A DNA stretch of 40,031 bases, from contig JAYTHY010000026.1 in the NCBI GenBank assembly GCA_043732185.1, forward strand, positions 1 through 40,031, given 5' to 3'. Below are positions 7,416 through 17,245 of this stretch, in pieces (position 1 is the stretch's first letter; each line of letters begins with the position of its first letter). This stretch comes from Fibrobacteria bacterium. Its GTDB lineage: Bacteria > Fibrobacterota > Fibrobacteria > UBA11236. Made by a program: the position numbers and the translations under genes. The notes below the pieces were generated by a model. That model made no database searches and was not told the origin of the DNA. It saw only the letters and a list, made by a program, of their open reading frames with translations.

Positions 7416-9575
7416 CTAAACGGAAACCTCGCGCATCTTGGCGATGAGCTCTCCTACCGTAAAAGGCTTTTGAATGAAGGCTCGATTTCCTTGGGTAACT
7501 TCGTTCTTGAATGCGGAGTCCTGCGTATACCCGGACATGAATAATACCTGCAAACCAGGCATAGTGATCGAGAGCACGTCTGCTAATTCTTTGCCTCCCA
7601 TTTCCGGCATCAACACATCTGTGAGCAAAAAGTGAATGGGTAATCCATATTGATCGACCAAAGCCATAGCCTCTTTGCCATGCCGCGCTTCCAAGACCAC
7701 GAATCCCTTTCCTTCCAATAGATTTTTCAGCGTTGACCTCACCCCTTCGTCGTCTTCAACCAGCAGAATGGTTTTTGGCATCATCGAGGATTCGCGAAGG
7801 GCTTTTTGAATCTCCACTTCCTTAGCCAACGCTTCCTCGGTTTGCGGAAGATAAACTGTAAAAGTGCTTCCTTTGGATACGGTTGTTTCCACCGACACAC
7901 ACCCCTGATTCTGAGTGATGATCCCATATACTGTCGATAGGCCGAGTCCGTTGCCCTTACCCCTTTCCTTGGTGGTGTAGAATGGGTCAAAAATATGCGG
8001 CAAATGTTCGGTATCTATGCCAAGACCAAAATCGGTTACCGATACACGAACATAAGAGCCTGGCAGAACATGGCCATAGGCTCCGGGCACATCCCCTTTG
8101 AGTTCAACATTCCCGGCTTTGATAACCAAGGTTCCACCCTTGGGCATGGCATCTCGGCCATTTAGAAGCAAGTTCATGAGCACTTGCTCCATCTGAACCG
8201 GATCCATGCGTACCCGACCCATCTCCTCGTCCAATTGAATGCGAAGCTGGAAGTTTTCTTCCAAGATATGCCTTAGCATGCTCTCCATGGATTTGATGAT
8301 GTAACTCGGTTGAATGACTTTAGGCTGGGGAATTTCCTGCCGACTAAAGGCTAATAGCTGACGAATGAGTCCCGCTGCACGATCGCTGCCGTTAAGGATC
8401 TCGCCTACTTCTCGCCGACACATGTGATCCGGTTCCAATCGAATGAGCATCAATTCGCAGTAACCCATGATGGCGGCCAGCAAATTATTAAAGTCATGGG
8501 CAATGCCGCCAGCCAGACGCCCCACGGCTTCCAACTTCTGGGACTGCTTGAGCTGATCTTCCCTGGTGCGCAGCGCCTGCTCGGCACGCCGGACATCCGT
8601 TATGTCACAAGCAGAGCCAATCCATTTTTCTGGTCGACCGGACAAATCCCATAATGCTGTGCCCCGTTCGGACCAGCGTCGATAACTGCCGTCTTTACAA
8701 TGAATGCGGTATTCCTGAAGAAATGGCTCCCTAAAACGCAAGTGACGCTCCATGGATGTGATCATCTCACGCCTATCCTCGGGATGAATAAGCAATTCAA
8801 AGGCTTCCCGCGTAACCGGAATTTCTGATTTGGTAAATCCCAATCGCTGTTCCACCGGACCGAACCACTCGATTTTTCCAGAGGAGAGATTCCATTCATA
8901 AATGAGATCATTGCCGCATTCAGCCGCTACCCGTAGTCTTTCCTCCGATTGCCGCAGCGCCTCCTCTTCTCGCTTCTGCTCGGTTATGTCGAGGAAAGTG
9001 CTCATGAAACTTTCCACTATCCCATCCTGACTAAGCACTGCGGTTCCATAAACCACCATACGCGTTCGTTTTCCCCAGCGGCCTATGACTTCCACAGCAT
9101 ACTTGGAATGGATGCCCAAGGAGCGTTTGGTATTTTCCCGAAGTATGATGGCTTGACTCTCAGGAGTAAAGAAATCCTGGTAGCTGATTTCGGTCTGCAT
9201 TAAATCAGCAGGAGTATCCAATTCCAATATCGTCGCCATAGCGGGATTGATGAATAGTGTGGTGCCATCCAATCGAATATTCCAAATTCCAATGGGGCTT
9301 TCCATGGCGAGTGCCCGGTAGCGCTCCTCACTGCGATGTAACTGTCGTTTGGACTCCAGTCGATCGAATTGGTCCTGGGTTTTTAAGGAAGTGTTTTCAG
9401 TTTGGGCTATGGCCAGTGCCTGGGACAATATGATCGCTTCGCCAGTTAAGGCGTTGATTTTGGCTTCTGCTGTACTGAGCTTTTGGCGATTTAAACGTAA
9501 GCCTTTTTGCCAGAGCCATAGGAAAACGGCACTGCATAGGAGACCCATGATTGAGCTCACGATCCAATAATTCAT
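7416..9575 (-). CDS. Membrane-anchored hybrid sensor kinase (TM, coiled coil, 2 PAS/PAC, HisKA, HATPase, REC; CckA-like)
   Basis: QSQKLEAVGRLAGGIAHDFNN H-box, QVLMNLLLNGRDAM, IFDPFYTTK, GLGLS. Receiver has LLVEDD, LLTDVLMP, MSGY and KPF. Start is ATG 9575 or TTG 9584. Confidence 0.93.
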   Translation of the reverse strand: MNYWIVSSIMGLLCSAVFLWLWQKGLRLNRQKLSTAEAKINALTGEAIILSQALAIAQTENTSLKTQDQFDRLESKRQLHRSEERYRALAMESPIGIWNIRLDGTTLFINPAMATILELDTPADLMQTEISYQDFFTPESQAIILRENTKRSLGIHSKYAVEVIGRWGKRTRMVVYGTAVLSQDGIVESFMSTFLDITEQKREEEALRQSEERLRVAAECGNDLIYEWNLSSGKIEWFGPVEQRLGFTKSEIPVTREAFELLIHPEDRREMITSMERHLRFREPFLQEYRIHCKDGSYRRWSERGTALWDLSGRPEKWIGSACDITDVRRAEQALRTREDQLKQSQKLEAVGRLAGGIAHDFNNLLAAIMGYCELMLIRLEPDHMCRREVGEILNGSDRAAGLIRQLLAFSRQEIPQPKVIQPSYIIKSMESMLRHILEENFQLRIQLDEEMGRVRMDPVQMEQVLMNLLLNGRDAMPKGGTLVIKAGNVELKGDVPGAYGHVLPGSYVRVSVTDFGLGIDTEHLPHIFDPFYTTKERGKGNGLGLSTVYGIITQNQGCVSVETTVSKGSTFTVYLPQTEEALAKEVEIQKALRESSMMPKTILLVEDDEGVRSTLKNLLEGKGFVVLEARHGKEAMALVDQYGLPIHFLLTDVLMPEMGGKELADVLSITMPGLQVLFMSGYTQDSAFKNEVTQGNRAFIQKPFTVGELIAKMREVSV

Positions 9576-9647
9576 GTCGAGCAAGACCTTTCGTCCGGAA
9601 AGTCGTATTCGATACTATAGCCAAAGACGTGAACTTTGGCCGTCGAT

Positions 9648-10379
9648 TTAATGGGTTAGCAGCTGCCAGGAAGTCATTAAGAGCAGTAGGTATACAAGGT
9701 ATTCAAAGGCTTTTTGAGGTAGCGCACGATTTGCCAACCATCCCACTACTACTCCAATGGGAATGAGTCCAATATATCGCAGGTCTTGGATAAGGGTGGT
9801 TTTGGTTATGAGTCCGAAATAAAGATAGGGGCCGAATTTGGCAAGGTTGACCATGGTGAAGAAAATGGCATTTGAGGCAACAAAAACGCCCTTTTCAGTT
9901 TTTTGAGCCATAAAAAAAATAGCCATGATAGGGCCTGCGCCATGAGAAATGGTAGAAGAAAAACCGGCCGCGACTCCAACGAGCACCCCTTCCCAAGGTG
10001 TCGGCTGGTACACTCTGCTTGGATACCAGATATTTCTGATGATTAGCAGAAGCGTGAGGACCAATGCAGTAGCCCCAATTGAAGTTCGCAACATTTTTTC
10101 AGATATACTGGAAACCAAGAACATGCCTAAGGAAATTCCAATTAGCGCCCCAGCCATGGGAAACTTGATGAGAACGAGACTCCACGTTTTTCTAAAGAAG
10201 GAAAGGGTCAGAAAGTCGGCGAATATGAGGAGCGGCAAGATAATTCCAATGGCCTGCCTGGCTGGAACAGCAGTAGCCAGCATTGGTGTTGTGAGCATAC
10301 CGAGGCCGGTAGCGAAACCCGCCTTTGACAATCCAATGAGAAACGCGCCTAAGTAGGGATAAATCCAAGCTGGCATCAT
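9648..10379 (-). CDS. TauE/SafE-family (sulfite exporter-like) membrane protein
   Basis: About 8 hydrophobic helices, GLSKAGFATGLG and GFSSTISHGAGP repeat motifs. Confidence 0.85.
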   Translation of the reverse strand: MMPAWIYPYLGAFLIGLSKAGFATGLGMLTTPMLATAVPARQAIGIILPLLIFADFLTLSFFRKTWSLVLIKFPMAGALIGISLGMFLVSSISEKMLRTSIGATALVLTLLLIIRNIWYPSRVYQPTPWEGVLVGVAAGFSSTISHGAGPIMAIFFMAQKTEKGVFVASNAIFFTMVNLAKFGPYLYFGLITKTTLIQDLRYIGLIPIGVVVGWLANRALPQKAFEYLVYLLLLMTSWQLLTH

Positions 10380-10407
10380 AGAAACAATAGCAATGCCATC
10401 GGCGACT

Positions 10408-10977
10408 TTAGGAAGGCAAGCCGGGTTGGCGAGCCAAAATACTTTCGCGAACGGCTTCTGCGGCTGCGTCGTCGATTAAAAATTCAATCAACGCGAGAGA
10501 GAATTCTTCCGCACTCCCAGCTCCACGGGAAGTAATGATTCCCTGATCGACAACGACTCTATTTTGGGAATAGGCACCGATAAGTCCGGTCATTTTGCTT
10601 TGTACTGATGGAAAGGAGGTTACTATTCGGTCCCCGGTCACGCCTGCTTCAGCCAGGATCAGCGGAGCCGCGCAAATAGCGGCCATTGCGATGCCTAATG
10701 CATGCGCGCGTTTGAGCATTGCCAGTACCCGGACATCTTTTCGCATACTTTCTGCGCCCGGCCCCCCTGGCAAAATCACCATCTGATAATCGGATACCTG
10801 ACAATCCTCGAATCGCGAATCGGCTAAAATTTGAATGCCATGGCTTCCTCTGACCAGGATTTCCGGTCCTACGGCAGCTGTAACAACTTCTATACCGGCT
10901 CGGCGTAATAGGTCCAATGGCGCGACAGCCTCCATTTCCTCAAAACCGGGCGATAGAAGTAATAGGACCCTTTTCAT
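10408..10977 (-). CDS. DJ-1/ThiJ/YajL-family protein (glyoxalase/deglycase)
   Basis: GFEEMEAV, DLLRRAGI, LPGGPG, AAICAAP (nucleophilic Cys), ITSRGAG. Confidence 0.93.
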   Translation of the reverse strand: MKRVLLLLSPGFEEMEAVAPLDLLRRAGIEVVTAAVGPEILVRGSHGIQILADSRFEDCQVSDYQMVILPGGPGAESMRKDVRVLAMLKRAHALGIAMAAICAAPLILAEAGVTGDRIVTSFPSVQSKMTGLIGAYSQNRVVVDQGIITSRGAGSAEEFSLALIEFLIDDAAAEAVRESILARQPGLPS

Positions 10978-11024
10978 ATTTTATCCATACCGTTTATATA
11001 AAAGTAGCAAAGGGCGCCACGAAC

Positions 11025-11963
11025 ATGTCCGATAGAATCATCCGAGCCACCGGTGAAGTTGCAGAACTCCGCTTTGTTTTAGTGGATGCCACAGAAGCAG
11101 CCAATACCATCGGCGGATTTCATGGAGCCCATGCCTTCGCGCGTATCTTTTTGGGCGAAACTATCGCTTCTGCTTTGCTACTGGCTTCTGGGCTTAAGAG
11201 CAATGGAACGGCGCAGGTCAAATTCCAGTTTTCCGGCGATTTGTCAATGGTCACAGCTGATGCTACACCTTTAGGCTTGGTGCGGGGCATGATACCTACC
11301 GAAGAAATCCGTGGAATCGGAGATTTTGAACCCTTGCTTTCACCGCAATTGATGACGGTGCGAAAGCTGAATGAACAAGGCCTCCGAGTGTCGGAAGGAA
11401 TAGTGGAAATGCCCTCCGATAATATCGGTGCCACCACGGCATTCTATTTGCTTCAAAGCGAACAGACAAAGTCAGCGGTCGGAATAAAAGCCAAATCGGA
11501 TCCGACTGGAGCAAGGTTGGAATTTTGTGGCGGGTATCTGGTAGAAGCCCTTCCCAAGGCAGACGAAAAAACCTTAGCAATCATGGAACAAGTTATTCTT
11601 AGCCTACCCAGCCTTACGACTTACTACCGCCCGGGTCACGGCTTAGATTTGAACGCGTTGCTCGCTGACCTTGCGGGCCCCTTTAAAACTACCATCCACC
11701 GAGAAATTCCCGTCACCGCTTTTTGCCCCTGTTCCGAGGCCGGGGTCATGAAGGCTTTAACCGGACTTCCGCGAACCGAGTTGGAAGATATTTGCATTCG
11801 CAAAGAAATCATCGAACTCCACTGTGAATATTGCCGGAAAAGGTATTTGGCGCATCCTGAGCAAATGCGCCTTATTATCGACAAGCTGAAAGCGAACCCG
11901 ATTCAGGCCCAGGACGGGGATTCCGAGGCAGAATCGCCAGAACCGGGTGTAGATCCTCAGTGA
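11025..11963 (+). CDS. hslO: Hsp33 redox-regulated chaperone
   Basis: YLLQSEQ, GGYLVEALP, Zn-switch CPC...CEYC. Start at ATG 11025. Confidence 0.92.
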   Translation: MSDRIIRATGEVAELRFVLVDATEAANTIGGFHGAHAFARIFLGETIASALLLASGLKSNGTAQVKFQFSGDLSMVTADATPLGLVRGMIPTEEIRGIGDFEPLLSPQLMTVRKLNEQGLRVSEGIVEMPSDNIGATTAFYLLQSEQTKSAVGIKAKSDPTGARLEFCGGYLVEALPKADEKTLAIMEQVILSLPSLTTYYRPGHGLDLNALLADLAGPFKTTIHREIPVTAFCPCSEAGVMKALTGLPRTELEDICIRKEIIELHCEYCRKRYLAHPEQMRLIIDKLKANPIQAQDGDSEAESPEPGVDPQ

Positions 11964-12022
11964 GATTGTTGCGGATTCCCAGTAGTCCGTACCTCTAATG
12001 TGAACTAAATTTGGATCCGTTC

Positions 12023-12931
12023 ATGAGCTTGGAAAACAACACTCTACTTTTGCTGGAGCCTGACGAAACCGTTCAGGAAATGTTTCGTTCTATCGTCCTG
12101 AGTCATGATTTAGCCATGCAAGCGGCTTTCAATATCGACGATGCGCTCAGGCAATTGTCACAGGGGCAAACGCTGGCCTTTGCATTCAACATAGCGCAAA
12201 TCAAATCCAACCCCTTGGAAGTGGTGCGCAAGATTAGGCTGGAGTTCCCCAATCTTCCGCTCTTGGCATTAGTCGGCAAGGGACATCAAGATTTGGTCAT
12301 TAGCCTCCTCCAGGCCGGAACCTTTGCCTGCTTGGAGTCTCCTTTTCAACCGGGAGACCTCGCGCATAACTTGAAAAAAATCTTGGCCAACAGTACGGAC
12401 ACGTATAATCCCTTTGCCATGAAGTATGAGGAGCGTACGCTTATCATGCCGAATGATTTTTCCCTGGTCATGCATGTTTCCAAAAGCCTTGTGGATGGTG
12501 CGCTACCGTTACACGAAAAACATCGCTACCATATTATTTTGGGACTTGCGGAAATAATCAACAATGCTGTAGAGCATGGCAATCTTGGTATCAGCTTCGA
12601 GGAAAAAAGTACGGCCCTAAAGGCTTCCCGATTCTTTCCCTTGGCCATTGAGCGCTCCCAGAAAGAGCCTTATAAGGATCGCGTGGTAACCATTCGTTCC
12701 CGCATCTTTCCCGATTTGCAGCGCATCGAGTACTTTGTTGGGGATCAAGGAAATGGATTCGACTGGCGGTCCTTACCGGATCCCAAGAACAAGGAAAATA
12801 TTCTCAACCGCAATGGACGCGGCATCATGATGGCGCGTTATGCATTCGATGAAATGACCTATAACGAAATTGGCAACGAAGTGACCATGGTGGTCAACTT
12901 GGAAATTGCCAACCGTAGCCGGAGGCCCTGA
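12023..12931 (+). CDS. Pseudo-receiver domain fused to an RsbW/SpoIIAB-like HATPase_c (anti-sigma/Ser kinase-like)
   Basis: CheY-like N-terminus. EIINNAVEHGN (N box), DQGNGFD, NGRGIMM, YNEIGNEV. Stop overlaps the dnaX ATG. Confidence 0.8.
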   Translation: MSLENNTLLLLEPDETVQEMFRSIVLSHDLAMQAAFNIDDALRQLSQGQTLAFAFNIAQIKSNPLEVVRKIRLEFPNLPLLALVGKGHQDLVISLLQAGTFACLESPFQPGDLAHNLKKILANSTDTYNPFAMKYEERTLIMPNDFSLVMHVSKSLVDGALPLHEKHRYHIILGLAEIINNAVEHGNLGISFEEKSTALKASRFFPLAIERSQKEPYKDRVVTIRSRIFPDLQRIEYFVGDQGNGFDWRSLPDPKNKENILNRNGRGIMMARYAFDEMTYNEIGNEVTMVVNLEIANRSRRP

Positions 12932-14751
12932 TGGCATACCTAGCCATGGCCCGAAAGTGGCGGCCCAAAAATTTTGAGGAAATGGTAGGCCAGGATCACA
13001 TCGCCCAAACCATCCGGAATGCAATTGAAGGAAAAAGAATTTCCCATGCCTATCTGTTTACGGGCACTCGCGGTGTGGGTAAAACCACTTCCGCACGCAT
13101 TCTAGCCAAGGCTTTGAACTGTGGTAAGGGTCCAACCCCAATTCCATGTGATGTCTGCGACAATTGCAAGGCCGTCAATGCCGGAAATTCCATGGATGTA
13201 TTGGAAATCGACGGGGCGTCCAATAACAGCGTCGACAATATTCGTGATCTGCGCGAGCAGGTCAAGTATGCCCCCATGCACGGGACGTACAAGATTTATG
13301 TCATCGATGAAGTGCACATGCTCTCCAAGTCCGCGTTCAACGCCCTGCTCAAGACGTTGGAAGAGCCACCCCCCCATGTGATTTTCATTTTTGCCACGAC
13401 GGAAGCTGGAAAGCTGCCGCATACCATTCTCTCACGGGTACAACGTTTTGATTTCAAACGCATATCCGAAGCCAATATACGCGAACGACTTGAGTACATC
13501 TGTTCCCAGGAAGCCATCCGCCCGGAGCGCGAAGCTTTGGAGGCCATTGCTCGCAAAGCCGATGGCAGCATGCGGGACGCACTGTCCCTTTTCGATCAAG
13601 TCTATGCCTTTTCCGGTGCCGATCTTTCATTATCCGCCGCACGCAAGGTGCTCGGGCTGCCGCGCGAAGGACTGTTTGATGGACTGCTCGCTGCGCTCAT
13701 TCGACATGATCAGAAAGCCTGTTTTGGTGCTATCCAAGAAGCACACCAAGAAGGCATTGAATCCATGGACTTCTTGGTGGCCTTTGGCGAATACTGCCGC
13801 AACGTGCTTTTTTCCCGGCAAGGCGTAAGTGCCACGGCCTTGGGGCTGAGCGAAACCCGTTATGCGGAGCTGAGTGTCATGGCCCCGGAACTACGGGATG
13901 GCGACATCATCCGTTTCGCAAAACTTATTTCAGATTTACTTGCTCAGATGAGAACCTCCGCCAATCCTCGCTTGGCAATTGAACTGGGTTTTGCCCGCAT
14001 GGCCAGTTTGGATCGCGTCGTGACATTGTCGCAGATCCTGGGTCAGGATTTTTCGGCCCCTGCCCTACCTACGCAGGCCCAGCCAACACCCGTTCCATTG
14101 CATGCCAGCCCGGCATCGTCGCTGCCGCCTCCCAATAACGGACAGCAGACATCCGAACCAATGGATTTGGATTCGCAGGAAATGTCCTTGGACCTTAAAA
14201 AAAAAAGTCCAGTTGAAACTCTAACCTTAGAGGCTGCAGAACCACTTGCCCCATATGAAGAGGACCTTGATCTTCAAATGGAAGAAGCCTATGGACGGGA
14301 TCCAGACGTAACCGCAGAAGCTTGCGCCATTCCGGAATTGCCACTCCAAGCGGAAGTACCACTCCAAGCATCCGCTTCTCAATTGCCAGCGCTTTGGCCC
14401 AGGCTACTCGGGGAATTTATCGCCGCACACCCCCAGTTGGGCTCCCATCTATTGCAGTCGCGACTAGAATGTGAAGGTGAGGACACACCAGAGTTACGGG
14501 TGGCTTTTTGGGATAAGCAGGCCTATGGGCGGATTGTGAACAACAGTGATTTCGAGAAATCGCTTAAAGCTTTTTTATGCTCAAAGTTGCCAACCGCTCC
14601 CATCTTTGGAACCCCATTCTACAGTGAAGAAATCCCCGCTGCCGATGGCTACAAAGAAGGCGTGCAACTGTTGTATGGTGCCAATGACCCCATGCAGAAT
14701 CCCATTGTAAATTACATTTTTGACTTATTCGAAGGCCGATCCCTCACCTAG
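12931..14751 (+). CDS. dnaX: DNA polymerase III subunit gamma/tau
   Basis: ARKWRPKNF, Walker A GTRGVGKTT, Zn module CGK...PCDVCDNC, EIDGASN, DEVHML, AFNALLKTLEEPP, GSMRDALS. Confidence 0.97.
   Translation: MAYLAMARKWRPKNFEEMVGQDHIAQTIRNAIEGKRISHAYLFTGTRGVGKTTSARILAKALNCGKGPTPIPCDVCDNCKAVNAGNSMDVLEIDGASNNSVDNIRDLREQVKYAPMHGTYKIYVIDEVHMLSKSAFNALLKTLEEPPPHVIFIFATTEAGKLPHTILSRVQRFDFKRISEANIRERLEYICSQEAIRPEREALEAIARKADGSMRDALSLFDQVYAFSGADLSLSAARKVLGLPREGLFDGLLAALIRHDQKACFGAIQEAHQEGIESMDFLVAFGEYCRNVLFSRQGVSATALGLSETRYAELSVMAPELRDGDIIRFAKLISDLLAQMRTSANPRLAIELGFARMASLDRVVTLSQILGQDFSAPALPTQAQPTPVPLHASPASSLPPPNNGQQTSEPMDLDSQEMSLDLKKKSPVETLTLEAAEPLAPYEEDLDLQMEEAYGRDPDVTAEACAIPELPLQAEVPLQASASQLPALWPRLLGEFIAAHPQLGSHLLQSRLECEGEDTPELRVAFWDKQAYGRIVNNSDFEKSLKAFLCSKLPTAPIFGTPFYSEEIPAADGYKEGVQLLYGANDPMQNPIVNYIFDLFEGRSLT
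14197..14206 (+). other. A10 slippery run in dnaX (candidate frameshift or transcriptional slippage site generating gamma)
   Basis: CTT AAA AAA AAA AGT at codons 422-426. The -1 frame stops at TGA 14214-14216 and the +1 frame at TAA 14222-14224. Confidence 0.7.
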
Positions 14752-14773
14752 GCTATAATCAAAGGAAAATGCC

Positions 14774-15079
14774 ATGAACATGCAAAAGATGATGAAAGAA
14801 ATGCAAAAGATGCAAGGAAAAATGGCCAAGGTTCAAAGCGAATTGGAGGAGGCCATCTTTGAAGCCGATGTCGGGGGTGGTTCGGTCAAATTGGCAATGA
14901 ATGGTAAGTACGAAGTGCAGTCCATCAAAATCTCAAAAGACGCGGTCGATCCTGAGGATGTGGAAGCGTTAGAAGACCTACTTATGGCCGCATTCAATGC
15001 AGCCAAGGCCAAAGTAGAGGCCGAGTCCCAGAACAAAATGGGTGGCTTGACCAAAGGATTGGGTATTCCCGGCATGTAA
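14774..15079 (+). CDS. ybaB: YbaB/EbfC nucleoid-associated protein
   Basis: MNMQKMMKEMQKMQ, GGGSVKLAMNG, VDPEDVEALEDLLMAAFN. Follows dnaX and has RBS AAAGGA. Confidence 0.95.
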   Translation: MNMQKMMKEMQKMQGKMAKVQSELEEAIFEADVGGGSVKLAMNGKYEVQSIKISKDAVDPEDVEALEDLLMAAFNAAKAKVEAESQNKMGGLTKGLGIPGM

Positions 15080-15147
15080 TTTGATTGCTTGGGCCTAGGT
15101 CTTAAATGGCCAAATAAGCTGGCCCTTGCTACGTTTTCAAATACGCG

Positions 15148-15954
15148 ATGCAACTGGCTATCGACTTTCTACGCATCCTGGTTCCTTTGGCCTATTTGGT
15201 CACCACAATTGTGTATGCGCAGCTTTTTTTCTCCGAGGAAGAAAACCGCTTTGCGGGCAAAGCGCAACTAGGACTCAGCGTATCCCTACTACTGCAGACG
15301 GTTCTACTCGTCACAATTGGCGCTTCGCTTAAGCGCTGCCCACTCGGCACGGTTGGTGAAGGCTTGCTCTTTATGGCCTGGATTCTGGGCATCATCCATT
15401 ATATTTCAGAATGGCTCGCGGATACCCGTCGCTTAGGCCTTTTCACCCTGCTGCCGACAACCCTTTGTGTCGTGGCGGCCGTTTTTCTGCTTAAGCCGGA
15501 CTATGCTTTGCCGCCCCAATTGCGCAGCTCGTTGCTTGTTTTTCATATCCTGGCCAGCTTGGCTTCCTATGCCTGTTTCAGTATGGCTTCCATTTTAGCG
15601 GGGCTTTATCTGGTGCTACATAGCCGGCTGAAGAACAAAAATTTTGACATTGCCTTTCGCAAACTGCCCCCGCTGGATAAGCTTGATAAATTATCGGCCA
15701 ATTGGTCCTTCCTTGGCAGCACCACCATGGTCATGGCTTCCATTATCGGCATTTGGTGGGTGCGCAAAGATGGTTTAGCTGGAATGACTTTACGTGAATT
15801 GGGGATTTATTTGGTGCTAGCCGTATTCTTGGTGGCCGGATTTTCCCGTCGACTTTTTGGCTTGCGTGGTCGCATCCATGCCTTACTGATTTTGGTCGGA
15901 TTTGCAGTACTGTTATTGACCAACCTTATTGGCGCTCACGGGTTTGTAAACTGA
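15148..15954 (+). CDS. CcsA/HemX-like (cytochrome c assembly family) membrane protein
   Basis: About 8 TM segments, FHILASLASY, LKNKNF...LPPLDKLDKL, C-terminal His. Immediately upstream of hemA. Confidence 0.82.
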   Translation: MQLAIDFLRILVPLAYLVTTIVYAQLFFSEEENRFAGKAQLGLSVSLLLQTVLLVTIGASLKRCPLGTVGEGLLFMAWILGIIHYISEWLADTRRLGLFTLLPTTLCVVAAVFLLKPDYALPPQLRSSLLVFHILASLASYACFSMASILAGLYLVLHSRLKNKNFDIAFRKLPPLDKLDKLSANWSFLGSTTMVMASIIGIWWVRKDGLAGMTLRELGIYLVLAVFLVAGFSRRLFGLRGRIHALLILVGFAVLLLTNLIGAHGFVN

Positions 15955-15955
15955 T

Positions 15956-17245
15956 ATGGGCACGCCTCAGGTTTTTGTTCTGGGAGCCAATCATTTAACG
16001 GCCTCCGTGGCCTTGCGCGATCGTCTGCTTTTTTCGGAAACGGAACTGCCCGATTTCAGTCGGGGCCTTCTGGCTGTGCCTGGCATACGCGAAGTCGTCG
16101 TACTCTCCACTTGCAACCGGTCCGAAGTCTACGCCATTTCCGATCAACCCGTTCAAAATCGGGTTCAAGTGGAAGCTCTCTGGGGGGCAAGCAAAGGGGT
16201 AAGTGAGGACGAACTCCGGAACCATGGTTATTTCTATACGCATACCGATGCCTTCCGGCACCTCTTCCGGGTCATTGGATCGCTGGACAGTATGATTCTG
16301 GGTGAAATGCAAATTTTTGGACAAATTAAAGAAGCGTACCGCCTAGCCACCGAACATGGTTGCGCGGATTTTTATCTCAACCACCTTTTCCAAACCGGCA
16401 TCCGTGTAGGCAAGCGCATCCGCACGGAAACCACCATCCACGAAGGCGCCGTAAGCATCAGCTATGCCGCCGTGGAGCTCGCCAAAAAGGTGCTCGGTGA
16501 CCTGCGCGGGAAAACCGTCGGCGTTGTAGGCGCAGGCGAAATGGGGGAATTGACCGCGGCCCATTTGCATAAGGCCGGTTCCACCAAGTTCATTTTCTTC
16601 AACCGCACTTTGGCTACGGCGCAAAAGCTGGCAGCCGGATTCGGTGGAGAGTTGTGTCAATTGTCCGAGCTGGACAAGCGAATGATGCATTGCGACATCG
16701 TCGTCTCGGCCACAGGTGCGCCGGATATCATCATTTCCAAAGCCCAGGTCCAGGAAGCTGTGCGTCAGCGGCATGGCAAGCCCCTGTTTTTGATCGATAT
16801 TGCCGCCCCCAGGGACATCGATCCCGCCGCCGGTAACATCGACAATGCCTTTTTATTCACGATCGACGATTTGAAAAACGTCGTCAATGAAAATGTTTCC
16901 CTTCGAAAAAATGCCTCGCAAAAGGCCATGGAAATCATTGATGTGGAAATCAACCAACTGGAAGGCTGGTTCCAAAGCCTTGACATCGTTCCCACTATCC
17001 GCAACCTGAGGGAAAAATACCACTCGATAGCGGAAAAGGAAATTGCCAAATGGGCCATAGGCCAATCGGAAGAAACTCGGCAGCACATGGAAGCCATGGG
17101 ACGAAGCCTTCTGAATAAATTCTTGCATGAACCCACTACCCGCTTAAAACAATTAGCCGAAGAAGGGGATGGGAAACGTGCCAGTTACTTTGCCGGAATG
17201 CTCTTTGCCCTGGCCCAGAAAGAAAGTTCACATGAAAAAAACTGA
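15956..17245 (+). CDS. hemA: Glutamyl-tRNA reductase
   Basis: NHLTASVALRD, LSTCNRSE, SLDSMILGEMQIFGQ, GAGEMG, DIAAPRDID. Confidence 0.97.
   Translation: MGTPQVFVLGANHLTASVALRDRLLFSETELPDFSRGLLAVPGIREVVVLSTCNRSEVYAISDQPVQNRVQVEALWGASKGVSEDELRNHGYFYTHTDAFRHLFRVIGSLDSMILGEMQIFGQIKEAYRLATEHGCADFYLNHLFQTGIRVGKRIRTETTIHEGAVSISYAAVELAKKVLGDLRGKTVGVVGAGEMGELTAAHLHKAGSTKFIFFNRTLATAQKLAAGFGGELCQLSELDKRMMHCDIVVSATGAPDIIISKAQVQEAVRQRHGKPLFLIDIAAPRDIDPAAGNIDNAFLFTIDDLKNVVNENVSLRKNASQKAMEIIDVEINQLEGWFQSLDIVPTIRNLREKYHSIAEKEIAKWAIGQSEETRQHMEAMGRSLLNKFLHEPTTRLKQLAEEGDGKRASYFAGMLFALAQKESSHEKN

Noticed and set aside
14335..14373. Short duplication CCACTCCAAGC x2 in dnaX (ELPLQA/EVPLQA)
   Set aside because: In-frame microduplication in a low-complexity linker with only two units. 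Not a CRISPR or regulatory repeat.
14754..14759. Perfect TATAAT just upstream of ybaB
   Set aside because: No -35 at proper spacing, and the implied start site would cut into the ybaB RBS. Not supportable as a promoter.
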